Shown: positions 13,984 through 28,430, counted from the stretch's first letter. The stretch is DNA of 64,000 nucleotides from Eledone cirrhosa (GCA_964016885.1 OZ024742.1:279806001-279870000); one strand, 5' to 3'. Notes: generated from the letters alone by a model not told the origin. A program made the numbers and translations.

Positions 13984-14639
13984 ATATAATGTTGTTACGT
14001 AATATTACTTATGAAATGCGAACTATGCACATGGGGAGGGACGAGTAGGATGTTTCCCTTATCGAACTAAGTGCGTTACAGCACAATTTCATAACAACTT
14101 TACTACAAAAGAAGCTGTCTGATGAAGTCGGTGCTTGTACCTAGATGGTTGGAATTGATCTATGAGGCTGCCTGGTCTCGCTTGGGGATAAAGCCGGATC
14201 AGTTAGAGACGGTTGCTTCTTACAAAATCCGCTCAAAGGAGTGTTTGAGGAGTCTGTCCCAAAGATCGTTTCGGAAATTAGAGGACGGAGAAAAAGAAGA
14301 ATACGTATAAACATAAATATATTTATATATATATATTATATTATATGTAAATGAGCAACGCCAGTAAATGCTCATCGCTGTAATTTCTGTGTCAGTACCG
14401 GTTGAGTGAATGAGTGAGTGTTAGGCATTCTGTTTCGTGCTAGCAATTGTATACCGTCTTCTCAGTGAAAATTAGAGAAGAATGATTTTTCCGTTACGAG
14501 AAACAATTTTGTTTCTTTGATATCGAGGCTGCCCATATGATTATTGTATATAAACATATAGTATATTTCATACACACTGCTACTACTTTTAAACGCTATT
14601 GCATATATATACATACATATATATATATATATATATCCC

Positions 14640-16408
14640 CTCACCACACCATTCCCTCCTCCCTACACACCCAAACCCTTCCACTTTTTGTCACCATACC
14701 TCCAGACATCCTCCTCTCCGCACCTGAGCGTTCACTCCTCAATAGAGGCCTTGGCTTCATACCCCACACTCCGCACCCGAACGGAAGTCGAGCGTTTCGT
14801 GCGATAAACGAAGTTACATCCACATTTCGTTCAAACGCCACCAGCTCCGAACGCCCCAGACCCATTTCTCGCCCTGGGCCGACGACCATCGTCTTGGACG
14901 CCGGCCCCAGGGCAATTTAGCACCCTGGACTCGTTCGTCGATGCCTGCCGTAGCGCAGTAAATCGCTTTGACTTCAGCCACCGGTCCCAACGGAATAACA
15001 TCTCACGGGGCGAACTCCTCGCTCACCGCTCCCTCCGTAGCCGAGATGACATCGTCATCAAACAGGCGGACAAGGGAGGTGCCGTGGTGGTGTGGCGCGC
15101 CTACCTCTACACGGCTGAAGCCCTCAGGCAGCTCCGTAACCACCTCTTCTACCGCCCTCTACCTTCCGATCCCACACCCCTCTAACAACAACAAGTTTCT
15201 TCCACCATCCAACATCTTGTCTCCTCCTCCCTCATCCCCCCATCGCTTCCCACCTCATCGTCCCCGCACCCCCGCACCCCCACTATCTATTTCCTCCCCA
15301 AACTCCACAAACCCGACAACCCCGGCACCCACATCGTCTCCCCTTGCAACTGCCCCACCGAACTCATCTTCGCTTTTCTTGACTCCATCCTCGCTCCCCT
15401 CGTCACCCCCCTCCCGTCCCACATCTCCGACACCAAGCACACACTTCGCCTAATCGACTCCTTCACCTTCCCACCTGAGAACAGCTCAACTCCTTTCTCT
15501 CCTTCTTCTGTTCCTTCCACCCCTCCCTCCACTTCACCACCTCTATCTCCACCACCCACGTCCACATCTTAGACATCTCCGTCGCCTTCGACCCCTCCCA
15601 CCACTCCCTCGTCACCTCCACCTTCTTCAAACCCACCGACTCCCACTCCTACCCCGACTTCACCACCTCCCACCATACAAAACACTAAACACTCCATTCC
15701 CTACTCCCAACTCCTCAGGATCCGCCGCCTCTGTAGCCGGGATGCTGACTTTGAGTCCCAGGCCCTTTCCCTAGTCAGCCATTTCATCCGCAGAGGTCCC
15801 CCCTTCCCCCCTCCCTCGTCCACACCGCCTACACTCGCGCCCGTACTGGCCACCGCTCCACCACCCTCGCCCCACGCCACCGCACACCCACCCACCGTCT
15901 CCCCTTCCCCATCACCTACCACCCCTCCACCCTACCCCTCCACCGCACCTTCCTCCGCCTCTTCCGACGCCTCCAGTCCGAACCCTTCACCTCCCACGTC
16001 TTCCCAGCCCCACCACTCCCCTCCTTCAAACGCACACGCAATCTTCGCACCCTCCTCGTCCGCAGCTCTCTACCTCCTACCCACCTGGTTTCCTTCCCTC
16101 TTCCAGGCCTCGGTGCAACACCTGTCCCCACATCACCAAAACCACCACCTTCCAGGGTCCCAACGGCCACTCTCTCTCTGTCCGGCACGCCTTCCGCTGC
16201 ACTTCCTCCAACCTAGTCTATGGACTTCGCTGCACCAGGTGTGGCGCTACCTACGTCGGACAGACTGGACGTCGTCTGGCGGACTGTTTTAGCGAACACC
16301 TCGGGGCTATTCGTCTCGGCGGTAGTTCCCCCCATCGCCCGCCACTTCCGCTCCCCCAGACATTCTGCGCACCACCTCACAGTATGTGGCCTACTCCAAT
16401 GCCACGGT
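14640..16408 (+). pseudogene. Neptune-type Penelope-like RT/GIY-YIG ORF remnant with RT catalytic core deleted
   Basis: LLSAPERSLLNRGLGFIP; DIVIKQADKGGAVVV; IYFLPKLHKPDNPG; SIPYSQLLRIRRLCS; RCNTCPHI; NLVYGLRCTRCGATYVGQTGRRL...EH. Frameshifts and stops present; the sequence jumps from SFTF to the thumb near 15475. Confidence 0.85.
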
Positions 16409-16625
16409 GTCCGTGTTGTTTGCTCTGATCAGAGCAAACAACACGGACACTCTATCTCAAAATTATTTTTGAAAAGCATTTAGAAATGCGAAACCGGTAA
16501 AAAATTAAAAGATTAAAACCACAACTGAATACTAACCCATGCAATTACTAATACTCTTTTATTCCTAATTAAACCATTTTTCAACTATGAACAATTTGTC
16601 AGCATTTTCTATTCCGTTTACCAAT
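16407..16625 (+). mobile_element. PLE-type short element (family D) with 44-bp perfect palindrome and HHR
   Basis: Palindrome at 16407-16450; HHR TTT-TTGAAAA-GCATTT ag AAATGC-GAAA-CCGG-TA-AAA at 16466-16502; homologous to 33136-33320. Confidence 0.75.
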
Positions 16626-16648
16626 ATATATATCTATATCTATAAATA

Positions 16649-16993
<345 letters not shown>

Positions 16994-17009
16994 ATATATA
17001 TATATATAT

Positions 17010-17180
17010 GAATTAGAATTTTTACAAATTGAAAATTAACCGAGGTCTCCTACACGAGTGAAAGTATAAAGAAAAAGAGATGAAATCGAAAATGCAACTG
17101 GAGTCTTATTTTAAAAAAAAATATATATATTTATTTGGTTCCTTTACCGGTTTCGCAGTTCTTCTGCTTTTCAAAAGTAA
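17010..17180 (-). mobile_element. PLE-type short element (family E) with HHR at 17142-17177
   Basis: Minus strand CTT-TTGAAAA-GCAG aagaa CTGC-GAAA-CCGG-TA-AAG; homologous to 50041-50215. Confidence 0.75.
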
Positions 17181-17198
17181 TATATATATATATATATT

Positions 17199-17342
<144 letters not shown>

Positions 17343-17573
17343 ATATATAAATGTATATATATATATATTAAACTCTAGGTCTCTTAGTCAATATTTATCT
17401 ATCTATAACTATCGCCCTGCTATATACTCTCCTTCACCATCACTATGTCTCTTACAACATCAGTTTATTTTTCTCTTTCTCTCCTTTATAATGTATGATT
17501 CTCTACATCTGTATCACTCTCTCCCTTCTCCCCTCTCTCTCTCTCTCTCTCTCTATCTATCTCTATCTTTCTA

Positions 17574-17636
<63 letters not shown>

Positions 17637-17889
17637 CAGTTCGCAATACCATTACCGTCGCTGTTCAAAATCAAATAAAGTACAAATCCCACTCAGACGT
17701 TGCAATTAGTTTACGGAGATAATCGCTACCATCTGTCTACTATGTAGATTTGACCTTTGGCAAAAGCATTTAACATAGGTCAAGTTCAGATAATAGTCTC
17801 CCGGACTTGCAAAGCCGAAGAAGCGTGGATATTTTCGAAAGGTAAATCACCTTATCGATCAGCGCAGGAATTCGGATAAGCAGATGAGA

Positions 17890-18002
<113 letters not shown>

Positions 18003-18145
18003 TGTATGTATGTATGTATGTTAGTGCGTGTGTGTGTATGGTTATTTGTATATATATATATATTTATTTATATATATATATATTATACAAACATATATAT
18101 ATGTATACACACGCACACTTTCTATCTATCTATCTATGTATATAT

Positions 18146-18274
<129 letters not shown>

Positions 18275-19006
18275 TTAGTATTGAGAAATCCTCTACCTTC
18301 ACCTTTCACCTAAATATTTAAAAATAGAAAATTTCTACCAATTGTGCAGAATTGGAGTAGAAGAAAATAGGAATTGTGTGTTAAAAAAGGATGGTGTTAA
18401 TGGATGGCAAGAAAGTGTTATGTAGTGTAAGAGAAATAAGTCTAAACTTAGAGAAGGTTAGAGTAAAAAAATAGAATGAAGGAACTAACAGACAATAATA
18501 GTCGTAGGGAAAGGGACATATAGACTGACGGACACACGAAGTGGAAGAGGGTAATGAAGAGAGACATTACCTATCCCTGATTTATTTTCTATCGCTCTTT
18601 CTCGGTATTTACAGACACTCACATACATATATATATAGAGAGAGAGTAGTGCAAGTATTCGGGGGGCTACATTGCTAGAGCACACTCGAAGAGTGAAAAA
18701 CCGCGAATATTCGACGTGGTCCATGAATATGCCTATAAACTTAAAAATATAACGTAAAATGTAATAAAATAGTAAAAAAAGAGGTAGTGTCTTATGCGAA
18801 GAGGCGTCCAATAGGCCGGCAAATACGGTAAATACTTTTTAATAATTTAGCGTTAAAAAAATATATATTGCCACGAAAAAAGCCATTAAAACATCGCGGT
18901 ACTTATTTACGATTCCACGAATATGCCGTGGTTTCAAGGAACAATTATTAGTAAGGTTCTAAGGAAAATCCCGTCAGTAACCGGGACTGCGAATGCCGTG
19001 GGTACA

Positions 19007-19057
<51 letters not shown>

Positions 19058-19058
19058 G

Positions 19059-19100
<42 letters not shown>

Positions 19101-19254
19101 GCATATGTGGTTGTTGCGTCATGTGGTATTTTTTCAGTTGCTAATTTGAACAATGAACGCAATTCTACCCTGTAAACCTTTAGGCTTTTGACTCCATCCA
19201 TTGAAATATAGCTTATGTCAATCTTAGTTGTATATGGCATACCTGATGCCATAG

Positions 19255-20195
19255 TTTCTACTATGAATGTACTCTATATCAACGATGAAGCTTAAGTTCT
19301 CTCTTCACAATGTTTGAAGCCCCAGCGAATGTCCTTCGTGTGACACATTAGCACCGTAACTTTTTTATAATTCTTCTGGGCTATCCCACGGGGGAAGCCA
19401 TTGTTAATGAACAAGATCTCGGCTTTATATTGCAACAAAGGAGAAGTAAGCGAATCCCATCAACTGTTATACGTGATACAGGTTCTACAATTGATATAAC
19501 ACTTTTAACAAATACCATTGATCAAGCTCAAGAACTTCTTTACACAGTCGAAATCTCTTCCTGAAAAATTGATCTACAAATAAATGGTACCAAGACAGAG
19601 TGCATGTCCCTAAACCAAGAAAATGGACGGCGGAATACTAAATGGAGTTGATGACCGGTTGTATGAGGTCATCAAAAAAGGACATTAACATTAGAATTTC
19701 CAAAGATTGAGCTGCAACGTACAAAATGGAAAGGATATTGGAATCAGATCTACCCAGAAAAATAAAAATATCATCCTTTAGAACATCTGTTGAGTCAGTG
19801 TTGTATGGATCATGCACAGGAACTCTGACACAAGCACCCGGGAAGAAACTAGATGGTGCATACGCTAAATTGCTTAGTGTTGTACTAACCATATACAGTC
19901 GTCGACATATTACAAATGATAGATTATAGGGAAACTTGCCAAGGATAAAAACTACAATTGCTCAAAGACGGTTACGACATGCGAGACATTGCTAGAGATG
20001 TCAACAGGAAGTTATAAACAAGCTACATATTGTGGGTACCAACTCACGGGAGACGCAGAAGAGGAAAACCTGCTCGAACATTCATCGATCAACTCTCAGC
20101 CGATACAAATCTCAGTAAGGAAAAGTTGCCAGGAGTAATGGAAAATCGTGAATTGAGGAGGAATTTTGTCAAAAATGTTCGACTGTGGTCACAAT
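19255..20195 (+). pseudogene. RTE-clade LINE 3' remnant (RT C-terminal part)
   Basis: DLGFILQQRRSKR...DITLLTNTIDQAQELL; FRTSVESVLYG; KKLDGAYAKLL; RRLRHARHC; RRRGKPARTFIDQL; many stops. Confidence 0.7.
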
Positions 20196-20613
20196 GAGGA
20201 TATGCATATGGAAAGTACTTACTTCTAATTCAAAATCAGTAGTTATATCTGAATTGAACTTATCCTAAATCTTCTAAACACTACATTTTATCATTAGTGT
20301 TTATTAGTATACCAGCAGAAAAACTGCACACCGAGACATTCCCAGTTAGTGTAATTGTGTGTAAGTGTATGAAATTTACATTAGATTTTTAATTTATCTA
20401 TAATGAAGAAAATTATATTTTTGACAGGCAAATTTTACGAACTCGCACCGACATATTTCGCCTTATGGTGTAGTGAATTCAATACAACAACCCCGACTTA
20501 AATAATCAATGATAGGTCATGAATCCGCTAGTAATAAGCAGAAGCGTAATCGAAACAGCTGAAGACTACAGCCTCTTTGATGAGATTCGAACACACATTC
20601 TCTTTCGAGTATA

Positions 20614-20655
<42 letters not shown>

Positions 20656-20658
20656 GTG

Positions 20659-20724
<66 letters not shown>

Positions 20725-21619
20725 TGTATGTGTGTGTGTGCATGCGTGCGCGCGCGTGTGTATATGTGTGTGTGTGTGCGAGACAAACCTCACTAGTTTA
20801 TATAAACTTGCAGTGTGAAGTAGAGTGGATCGCTTACCATTAGAAGGCAAGATTTTTTGTGACGAGGGAATGATATGACTTTTCATCATGTTTAATTTTT
20901 AGGTTTATTTACTTTAACATTTAAATACAATATTATATTTTCCGATGCCGGAAGGTCATAGAATTTCATATTTATTATTATTGAATAATTGCTTTGCTAA
21001 ATGTATGCACATCATGCAAATTAGTCTGGCCAGTTCAGTTATATTCTATATCTATCTTGATATACCGAGCTGTAGTAAATTTCCTTTGTAAACAGGAACA
21101 TAGAAGTTCTTATCTTCTGATAAGGAGAACAATTCTCCCGAATGTTTAAAGGTAATCTCTTGCGTACATTCTCCGTGTACATATGAGAAGTGGAAAATAT
21201 TTACACTTCATTCTTTTCATTAGCGAAAGTTTCTAATTCAAAAGCTATAGTAATATTTATATATCATATATACGTATGTCTGTGGTGTGTATGTTCGTAC
21301 TAGAATATTACCCATCAACAACTAACGAGGTTTATAGTCAAGGCATTAAAAAATCCATTGATTACAAAATTCTTTGTAAAGAAGCTTGGATGCCAGATTC
21401 CTCTTTTGTCACTCTGGCTATCGCAGTATTTCATTTCAATTTGATTTAAGTAAATTACAATAATTTTTCCATATATTCTGCAAATATATATTCGTTGAAC
21501 AACGATGACTTTCTTTTCCTTTTCTATCTTATGACTAATACTAGGGTTCTTGGTTTCTCAGTTCTGCCAAGAAACAAAAACTCTACTCACTCCGTATCCT
21601 ATTTGCTGTCACCAAACCC

Positions 21620-22660
21620 ACCCACCTGACAACCAACCCTAACTCTAATATACTGTCAACTACGACTGACTCTCTCATCGCCTCACATTCACTAATCTTC
21701 ACACCACTGATTTCTCACACGCCACACCTAAGCACCATAGCAACTCCATCTCCACTACTTTCTCTCCCTCACGTAACTCCCATACTAATGTCACTCTACC
21801 ACCTAACCTATCACTCTCGGATGCTGAGAACTCCCTTCTCTCAAGGGATTTGCGGTTCATAGCCACGACATCCACCTACGACAAGTTCCAAACACGTACT
21901 GGTGTTGAATGGTTCATATGTACCCTAAATCTCGAAGCATTCTTCCACAACACCCCATTATCAGCCCAAATAGACTGATTCATAAGTCTCAGCAACCGAC
22001 TATTACACTGAACGTCGAGCTCTTGCCTGTTAAACACCCCCGACACCTTTGTGGAAACTTGCCAACGTAAGTTGAATTGCTTAAATTTCGGCAAGCATTC
22101 TCATCGCAACAATCCTACATGAGCCGAGTCCTCCGCTCTGCGCACACCACGGCGCTGCAATGACATTGTTAGTGAACACGCCGATAAATGTTGTGCTGTG
22201 GTGATGTGACATGCAGTCCTCTGCAGAACTGAGGCCCACCTCCAGCTTCAATGTTCCACCCTTAATCTTCTAACCACTAACATCTCATGCCCTCCACCAT
22301 TCACCAACTCATTTCCTCCTCTCACTCTTACCTCCCACTTGCACTAATCTTGTAGTACACACACCCGCCATCTACTTCTTCCCCAAAATACATAAACCCC
22401 CAAATCCCGGACATCATATCGTTTCTGCTTGTATCTGTCCTAGTAAAATAATCTCACAATAACTTGACACCATGTCGTCCACTTGATGGTGATCCCCACT
22501 AACATGTTCACGACATTAATCAAACACTTTTCCTGTTCAATTAAAAAATAATTTCCGTTCCTTCCACATTTCACTCTCTATCGTTCTATTTCATCATTAA
22601 TTTCTCGTTCTGAAGAAGACTTATTGTCCGAAAAGTTAGAATATATTATTAATAATTATT
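21620..22660 (+). pseudogene. Older Neptune-type PLE remnant ending in a degenerate HHR
   Basis: VTLPPNLSLSDAENSLLSRDLRFI; NDIVSEHADK; IYFFPKIHKPPNPG; CTGAAGA-AGAC ttatt GTCC-GAAA near 22610-22633. Confidence 0.7.
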
Positions 22661-23110
22661 AATTAATGATATCGTGGAATGCCTGTGCGTGAATATATTT
22701 TTTAAAGTGAGCGACAGTAGCTATAACCCGAAAAGAAGAACAGATTAACATCATCGGTAACTACTGAGCCGCAGGTTTTATATTGGAGTTATCCCAGTTT
22801 CCTGAGTTGCCTTCTCCTAGAAGAATGCCCTGAGAAAGGCTAGGGGTCCTTCACTCCCAGTGGTTTAACCGCGCGATCGGGTGTCCAGCCCGACTATTTC
22901 TATGTCCCCGCCTATATACACACACATGCACCCATGTATATACACATATAGATATGCATACATATGTACATGTGTATATTTATATTTACACACTTTTGGA
23001 TGGCCGTTGATCCTTATGCCTTCTTCCGCCCTTTTGTCAGGTTTTGCTTTTTGTGTTGCAGGGTGTCCAAAATCACCCTTCCCGAAAAGTATACTTGGTA
23101 GGGTTGCCGG

Positions 23111-23472
23111 TTTAGGCGGGGTGGTCGTCAGTCATCCCGTCTAATTGGTTATAGTTTACTGGCACATAGTCAAACAAGGAAGAAGGAACATACCTCAATT
23201 TTATGTTATAAAAACATGTTTAATAGGAGCAATTACAGAATATATATACAAATACATTAGTGCTCCTAGGTTGGGATATATTTAAGTCGTCATATACTGC
23301 CGCTTTGGATCACTGCATGTAGATAGCACGATAGAGATAGCACGTCTATATTTCCCGAGATCATCGTTTAATAAATATTGTTTCAGCTACTGACGTCAGA
23401 ATGTGACGTCAGAACTAAGGGTAGTTAATCGACTGCCTTCACAGTCGACGCTAGATGGCGTGATCTTCTACA
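23111..23472 (-). repeat. 3' LTR
   Basis: Direct repeat of 28048-28430; TGTAG...CTAAA on the minus strand; purine-rich tract CTGGTGGGAGG just inside. Confidence 0.9.
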
Positions 23473-23810
23473 TGGCCTCCCACCAGATTTTTAGAAAATT
23501 AAATAAAAATCGGTTCATCGAATCATGTATGTAGAAAAACCGATTAGCAACCAGCAAAAATCCCAAACCAAGGAGCAGTCAGCCTAACCGAGCATGAAGG
23601 GCACAACACATTTCAAAAATACATATTAAACAAACATGCAAGAACGTGAAAGGAAAAAGCAAATGTAATAAAATGTAAATACAATTTCCTAAAAGTTCCA
23701 ATAGTCACTACAGGATTAATGCACCGCACAATAGCAGTTTAAAAATATACCGTGCTACACAGTTTTTTTGGCCAATGAACCCTCCGACAGGAACGGGTCG
23801 TAGTCTTATA

Positions 23811-26800
23811 TCATGGTGATTGTGGGGTCAAATAAACAGGTGTGTGTGCAAAAGAGAAAGATGGGGGTGTATGTGGCTCAGGTGTGTGAGCATCTGTGTG
23901 GGCCCGTTTAAGTCTATCAACCGCAATGGTCTCTCTGGATACCTTAATGTCTACAGTGAAATGTTTATCAGAACGAGCCAACACACAGTAGGGTCCAGAG
24001 TACGGTTGTTTGAGAGGTGGTTTCCCGACATCGTTTCTCACAAACACACGGGTCCACGAGGCAATATCCCTCGGGACTGCAGATTTTACAGTTTGTTTCC
24101 TCGTATCCATCGGCGGCAGGTCCTGAAAATGAGAACGCAGACGGGATACGTAGGAAAGCGGATCTTGTGCAGCAAGATCGACAGGGGAAAGCATTTGCTC
24201 AGGCAACGCTAGAGGAGCACCATACAATAATTCGGCCGAGGAGAACCCAAGGTCCTCCTTTATTGGTGACCGAATCCCCAACAACACAATAGGGAGGTAC
24301 TCGCTCCACGCGTAGAGTCAGGAGAAGTCCGCAGAGCGGCTTTTAGTTGTCGGTGGAAACGCTCCACCATTCCATTAGAGGCAGGATGATATGCAGTCGT
24401 TCGGATGCGTTTAGCGCCGATGATTTTCGTTAATTATTGGAAGAGATTCGATTCAAACTGTCTTCCAAGGTCTGTTGTAATCGTGGTTGGCACTCCGAAG
24501 CGGGCAATCCATCCTGATATTAGGGCACGCGCTGTCGTTTCAGCAGTGAAGTCTTTCAAGGGGATGGCTTCAGGCCATCGCGAAAAACGATCAATAACAG
24601 TCAATAGATAAGCATGACCACCACTGACTGGCCAAGGTCCCGGGATGTCCACATGAATGTACCGGAAACGGGCGTCCAGTGTACTGAACGTACCGAGCGG
24701 AGCCTTAACGTGTTTATGGATTTTCGATTTCTGGCAAGCAATGCAGGAACGGAACCAAGCAGTAATATCGCGCCTCATATTTGGCCAGAAGAATCTGGCT
24801 GTTATGAGATTTACTGTGGCAGAAGATCATGGGTGGGAAATGCTGTGTAAATCAAGAAACACAGTACGACGATGGTTTAGCCGGACGAATGGTCTCGGTG
24901 AATGCACGGAAACGTCGCAGTCGCTGAGAATCTGTTCGTCAGCGGTGAGCAATGGCAGGTATTTCAAATTACTCGTCGCAAATTCGGCTGATGTAATATC
25001 CAACGATTCCAGTGCAGGTTGGTCTGCTGCCAAGTGATTTAAATAGATGTCGTGGGATGACGCAATTGAACTGATCGGAAATCGAGACATGGCGTCAGCC
25101 GCTGTGTTTAATGAGCCTGGAATGTGTTGGATATCGTTTGTGAATTGCGAGATAAAGTCGAGATGCCTTGTTTCTCTGGGCGAGTACTTGTCGGACTCTG
25201 CCCTTAAAGCGAAGGTCAAAGGTTTATGGTCAGCATAGATTGTAAAACACCTTCCTTCGAGCATATGTGAAAAATGTTTCACGGAAAGGTAGATGGCTAA
25301 CAGCTCCCGGCCAAGGGTGCTGTAGCGAGTTTCTTCAGGCTTTAACTTCCTGGAGAAAAATTCCAATGGTTGTTGGTGATCCTCACTACTCTGTTGTAAG
25401 ACTGCACCCACTGCAGTATCCGACGCATCAACACAAAGCGAAAGCTTTGCATTGGACGCTGGGTGGGCCAGCAAAGATGCACTAGCCAATGCTGATTTGG
25501 ATTTTTTTAAATCCTCGAGCTGAGTCTGAGTCAAAGTGATGTCCTTATTTTTCTTGCGACAATTTTTCAGATTTAGTAGATTAACACATTGCGGAGCAAA
25601 ACGTCTATAGAAATTTATCAGTCCTAGGAATTGTCGCAACTGACGAAGTGAGGTCGGCGGAGCCAAATCCTCTATAGCCTCAACTCGTTGAAGGGGGGGG
25701 GGGGTCGAATACTCTCGGAGTCAATGACATGACCTAAAATATTCAGCTATTCCGCACCGAAAACATATTTATTTGAACACTGTAATCCTTGAGTCGACAA
25801 AACAAAAGATTCAAATGACGTATGTGTTCTTCTCTGGAGGAACTAGCAATAAGCAGATCATCAATATAAGTGTAGTCGAAATCTAAACCACGAGTGACCT
25901 CATCCACGAACCGTTGAAAGGTGCTAGCAGCATTCCTAAGTCCGAAAGGCATGGTAAGAATTTCGAATGATCCAAATGGAGTCGTAATGGCCGTATTCGG
26001 AATATCTTCTTTCTTGACAGGAATCTGATGATAGGCTCGCACCAAATCGAGCTTCGAGAATATTTTACATCCCTGCAATGACGATGCAAAATCTTGCGGA
26101 ATAGGATATCTATCCGGGACAGTTATAGCATTTAACTTCCTATAATCCCCAATGGGTCTCCGGTCGCCAGAAGTCTTGGGTACCATGTGTAACGGAGAAG
26201 CCCAAGGGCTCGTAGAATGGCGAATTATGCCTAGCTGCAGCATGTGGTCGGACCGTGCTGCCTTCAATTTGTCCGCTGGCAAGCGACGAGGACGTGAGAA
26301 TACTGGGGCGCCAGTTGTAGAGATAAAATGCCCCGTTGTGTGAGTCGGTTCGACAACGCCAAAATTTACCTGAGTAAGCTGTGGGAAAGAATTCAATAAT
26401 TCATGATAGGGATTCCCAGCATTAGCGATGAAAAAGGTCGGGCTAACCGTTGGAAAATTAGCTTTCTGGCCACGAAGAGAAAAACCAGTAATGTCATCTA
26501 CTAGGCGTCGGCCAGGGACGTCCACCGTCAATGCAAAATGGTGTAGAAAATCCGCTCCCAAGATCGGATATGGTAGGTCAGCAACCGTAAAAATCCATTT
26601 GAATTCTCGTCTAAGATTTTTGAATTGCAGAGGAAGCGAGATTTGTCCAACAGTCCGTATCGGCGAATGATTGACAGCTTGTAGATTTATTGATGACTCA
26701 GGAGGAGTTATTGTCATACAATTGACAGGCCAAATACTGCACGAAGCTCCTGTGTCTACGAGGAAAGCTCTTCCAGACAGGAGGTCCTCTATGAAGAAAT

Positions 26801-26864
26801 GGCGGTTCTGTTGTGTCTCGCAGAGTTCCCTTGCCGCTTTTAGTGACTCTGATCTACATTTCCC
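23811..26864 (-). pseudogene. pol: Pol (protease, RT, RNase H, integrase) broken by frameshifts and stops
   Basis: LVDTGA; MPFGLRNA; YIDD; VDASDTAVGAVL; RELLAI; DHKPL; HHCC; [10 protein letters not shown]; HPASNGMVERFHRQLK; GPY. Confidence 0.9.
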
Positions 26865-27628
26865 GAAGCTGAATATTTACATGGAGGCCGGCAATGTTTT
26901 GCCTTATCCGCGAAGGTGGTATGATACCAGCAAAATAATGGATTGCTGGCGGACGAAGTAGTATGCTGACGTGGAGTCGCGAAAGAACGCGAACGACTCC
27001 TAGGCCGCCGGGAATACGGCCTATTCTCCCTGCATAACCGAGCGCCTTGCTGCGTCAAAGCGTCAATAGCCTTCAACATGGCAACCTCGCGTGTCGAGAC
27101 GGGCTGGTTCAAATGAGAGGAAGCAATACGCGAGTCCGAGGCGGTAGACTTTTTTGAAAATTCCACGATTCGATCCGTGGAGGCAGCAATTTTCTCCAAA
27201 GAGCTGGTGTCCACTATATTTGCCAAAATAATTTGGACGTTGTTTGGCAGGCGAGAGAAACATACTTGTTTAATAAAGGAATTATCCTGTTCAGGCGATT
27301 CACTGAGGTCCCTAATGTGGCGCAAATATTCTGACGCCGACCTATTGCCTAGACACTCATCCTCCAACAATGAACGAAATCTGCTCTCAGCAGAACGACT
27401 GTTCCTTCGAAGAATTTCTTCCCGCAACGAATCATAAGAAATACTGGCCGACGGGTTCGTAATCAAATCTTTCACTGTTATAGCGAGTGAAGAAGGAAAA
27501 CCACTTATCAAAAAGTTGAGCTTTTTCTCGGTTTTTACTTCGTTGGCAGCAAAATAAGCGTCTAGCTGCGCAAACCAGAGCTTAGTATCGCCTGAGAACG
27601 CAACCAAACCAGGACCACTCATCGTCAA
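26840..27628 (-). CDS. gag: Gag (CHCC nucleocapsid motif)
   Basis: [10 protein letters not shown]...; [19 protein letters not shown] = C-X2-H-X9-C-X3-C. Confidence 0.85.
   Translation of the reverse strand: MTMSGPGLVAFSGDTKLWFAQLDAYFAANEVKTEKKLNFLISGFPSSLAITVKDLITNPSASISYDSLREEILRRNSRSAESRFRSLLEDECLGNRSASEYLRHIRDLSESPEQDNSFIKQVCFSRLPNNVQIILANIVDTSSLEKIAASTDRIVEFSKKSTASDSRIASSHLNQPVSTREVAMLKAIDALTQQGARLCRENRPYSRRPRSRSRSFATPRQHTTSSASNPLFCWYHTTFADKAKHCRPPCKYSASGNVDQSH
26858..26864 (-). promoter_or_regulatory. Candidate -1 ribosomal frameshift heptamer G GGA AAT
   Basis: In correct phase in gag (TCG GGA AAT); the -1 frame stays open into the protease ([27 protein letters not shown]...LVDTGA). 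Confidence 0.65.
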
Positions 27629-28028
27629 TCTATTACCGCATGGACGAATAAAAGTAACTAATGTTCAAAACGACGGGAAAACAGCACAATTTTCCCTAAA
27701 TATCCATAAAGTTACCGCAAGCAAAAGAAATTCAGTCACAGTACAAGAAATAGCAGCGAAAGTCCTAAAGGTGGAATTTCTGGAACAAGATAGCCATCAT
27801 CAAACAAGATGGCGGCGCATTTCTTTTCCAAAACAAGAATATGGTCGCGTGACGAGGCTAAGCCAATCAGATGGCTGCATTTGAAGAAGAAAGACAATGT
27901 GCGGGAATGTTAGATGGCCAGTCAGCCATTTTTGAAAAAATATATTTTTTCCTTTTTATTTTCTGTAAGACGAACAATTTTCAATTTAAAACGAATGGTG
28001 AAAGTAAGCAGGCTGCGTTTTCATATTT

Positions 28029-28046
28029 AATCGTCGAAGGTCACCA
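28029..28046 (-). promoter_or_regulatory. Primer-binding site, tRNA-Trp-like
   Basis: TGGTGACCTTCGACG one base after the 5' LTR; resembles the complement of the tRNA-Trp 3' end (TGGTGACCCCGACG). Confidence 0.7.
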
Positions 28047-28047
28047 A

Positions 28048-28430
28048 TTTAGGCGGGGTGGTTGTCGTCAGTCATCCCGTCTAATTGGTTATCGTTTACT
28101 GGCACATAGTGAAACAAGGAAGAAGGAACATAACTCAATTGTATGTTATAAAAACATTTTTAACCAGCGCAATTACAGAATATATACAAATAAATTAGTG
28201 CTCCTAGGTTGGGATATATTTAAGTCGTCATATACTGCCGCATGGTGTGATGTCATCCTTTGGATCACTGCATGTAGATAGAACAATAGAGATAGCACGT
28301 CTATATTTCCCGAGGAGATCATCGTTTAATAAATATTGTTTCAGCTACTGACGTCAGAACGTGACGTCAGAACTAAGGGCAGTTAATCGACTGCCTTCAC
28401 AGTCGATGCTAGATGGCGTGATCTTCTACA
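28048..28430 (-). repeat. 5' LTR
   Basis: Direct repeat of 23111-23472 with substitutions and a ~17-bp indel near 28242-28258. Confidence 0.9.

Larger units (their letters stand above)
23111..28430 (-). mobile_element. Ty3/Gypsy LTR retrotransposon, CsRn1-type lineage, degenerate
   Basis: Two LTRs; PBS; PPT; gag with CHCC; PR-RT-RH-IN order; 4-bp TSD CCGG/CAGG (one mismatch). Confidence 0.95.

Noticed and set aside
14110-14221. Possible HHR (AAGAAGCTGT-CTGATGA...GCTTCTT)
   Set aside because: No GAAA or convincing stem III; at best a decayed copy.
22760-23110. Host sequence interrupted by the Gypsy (continues 28431-28520), possibly an RTE 5' UTR
   Set aside because: Resemblance is from memory only and too weak to annotate.
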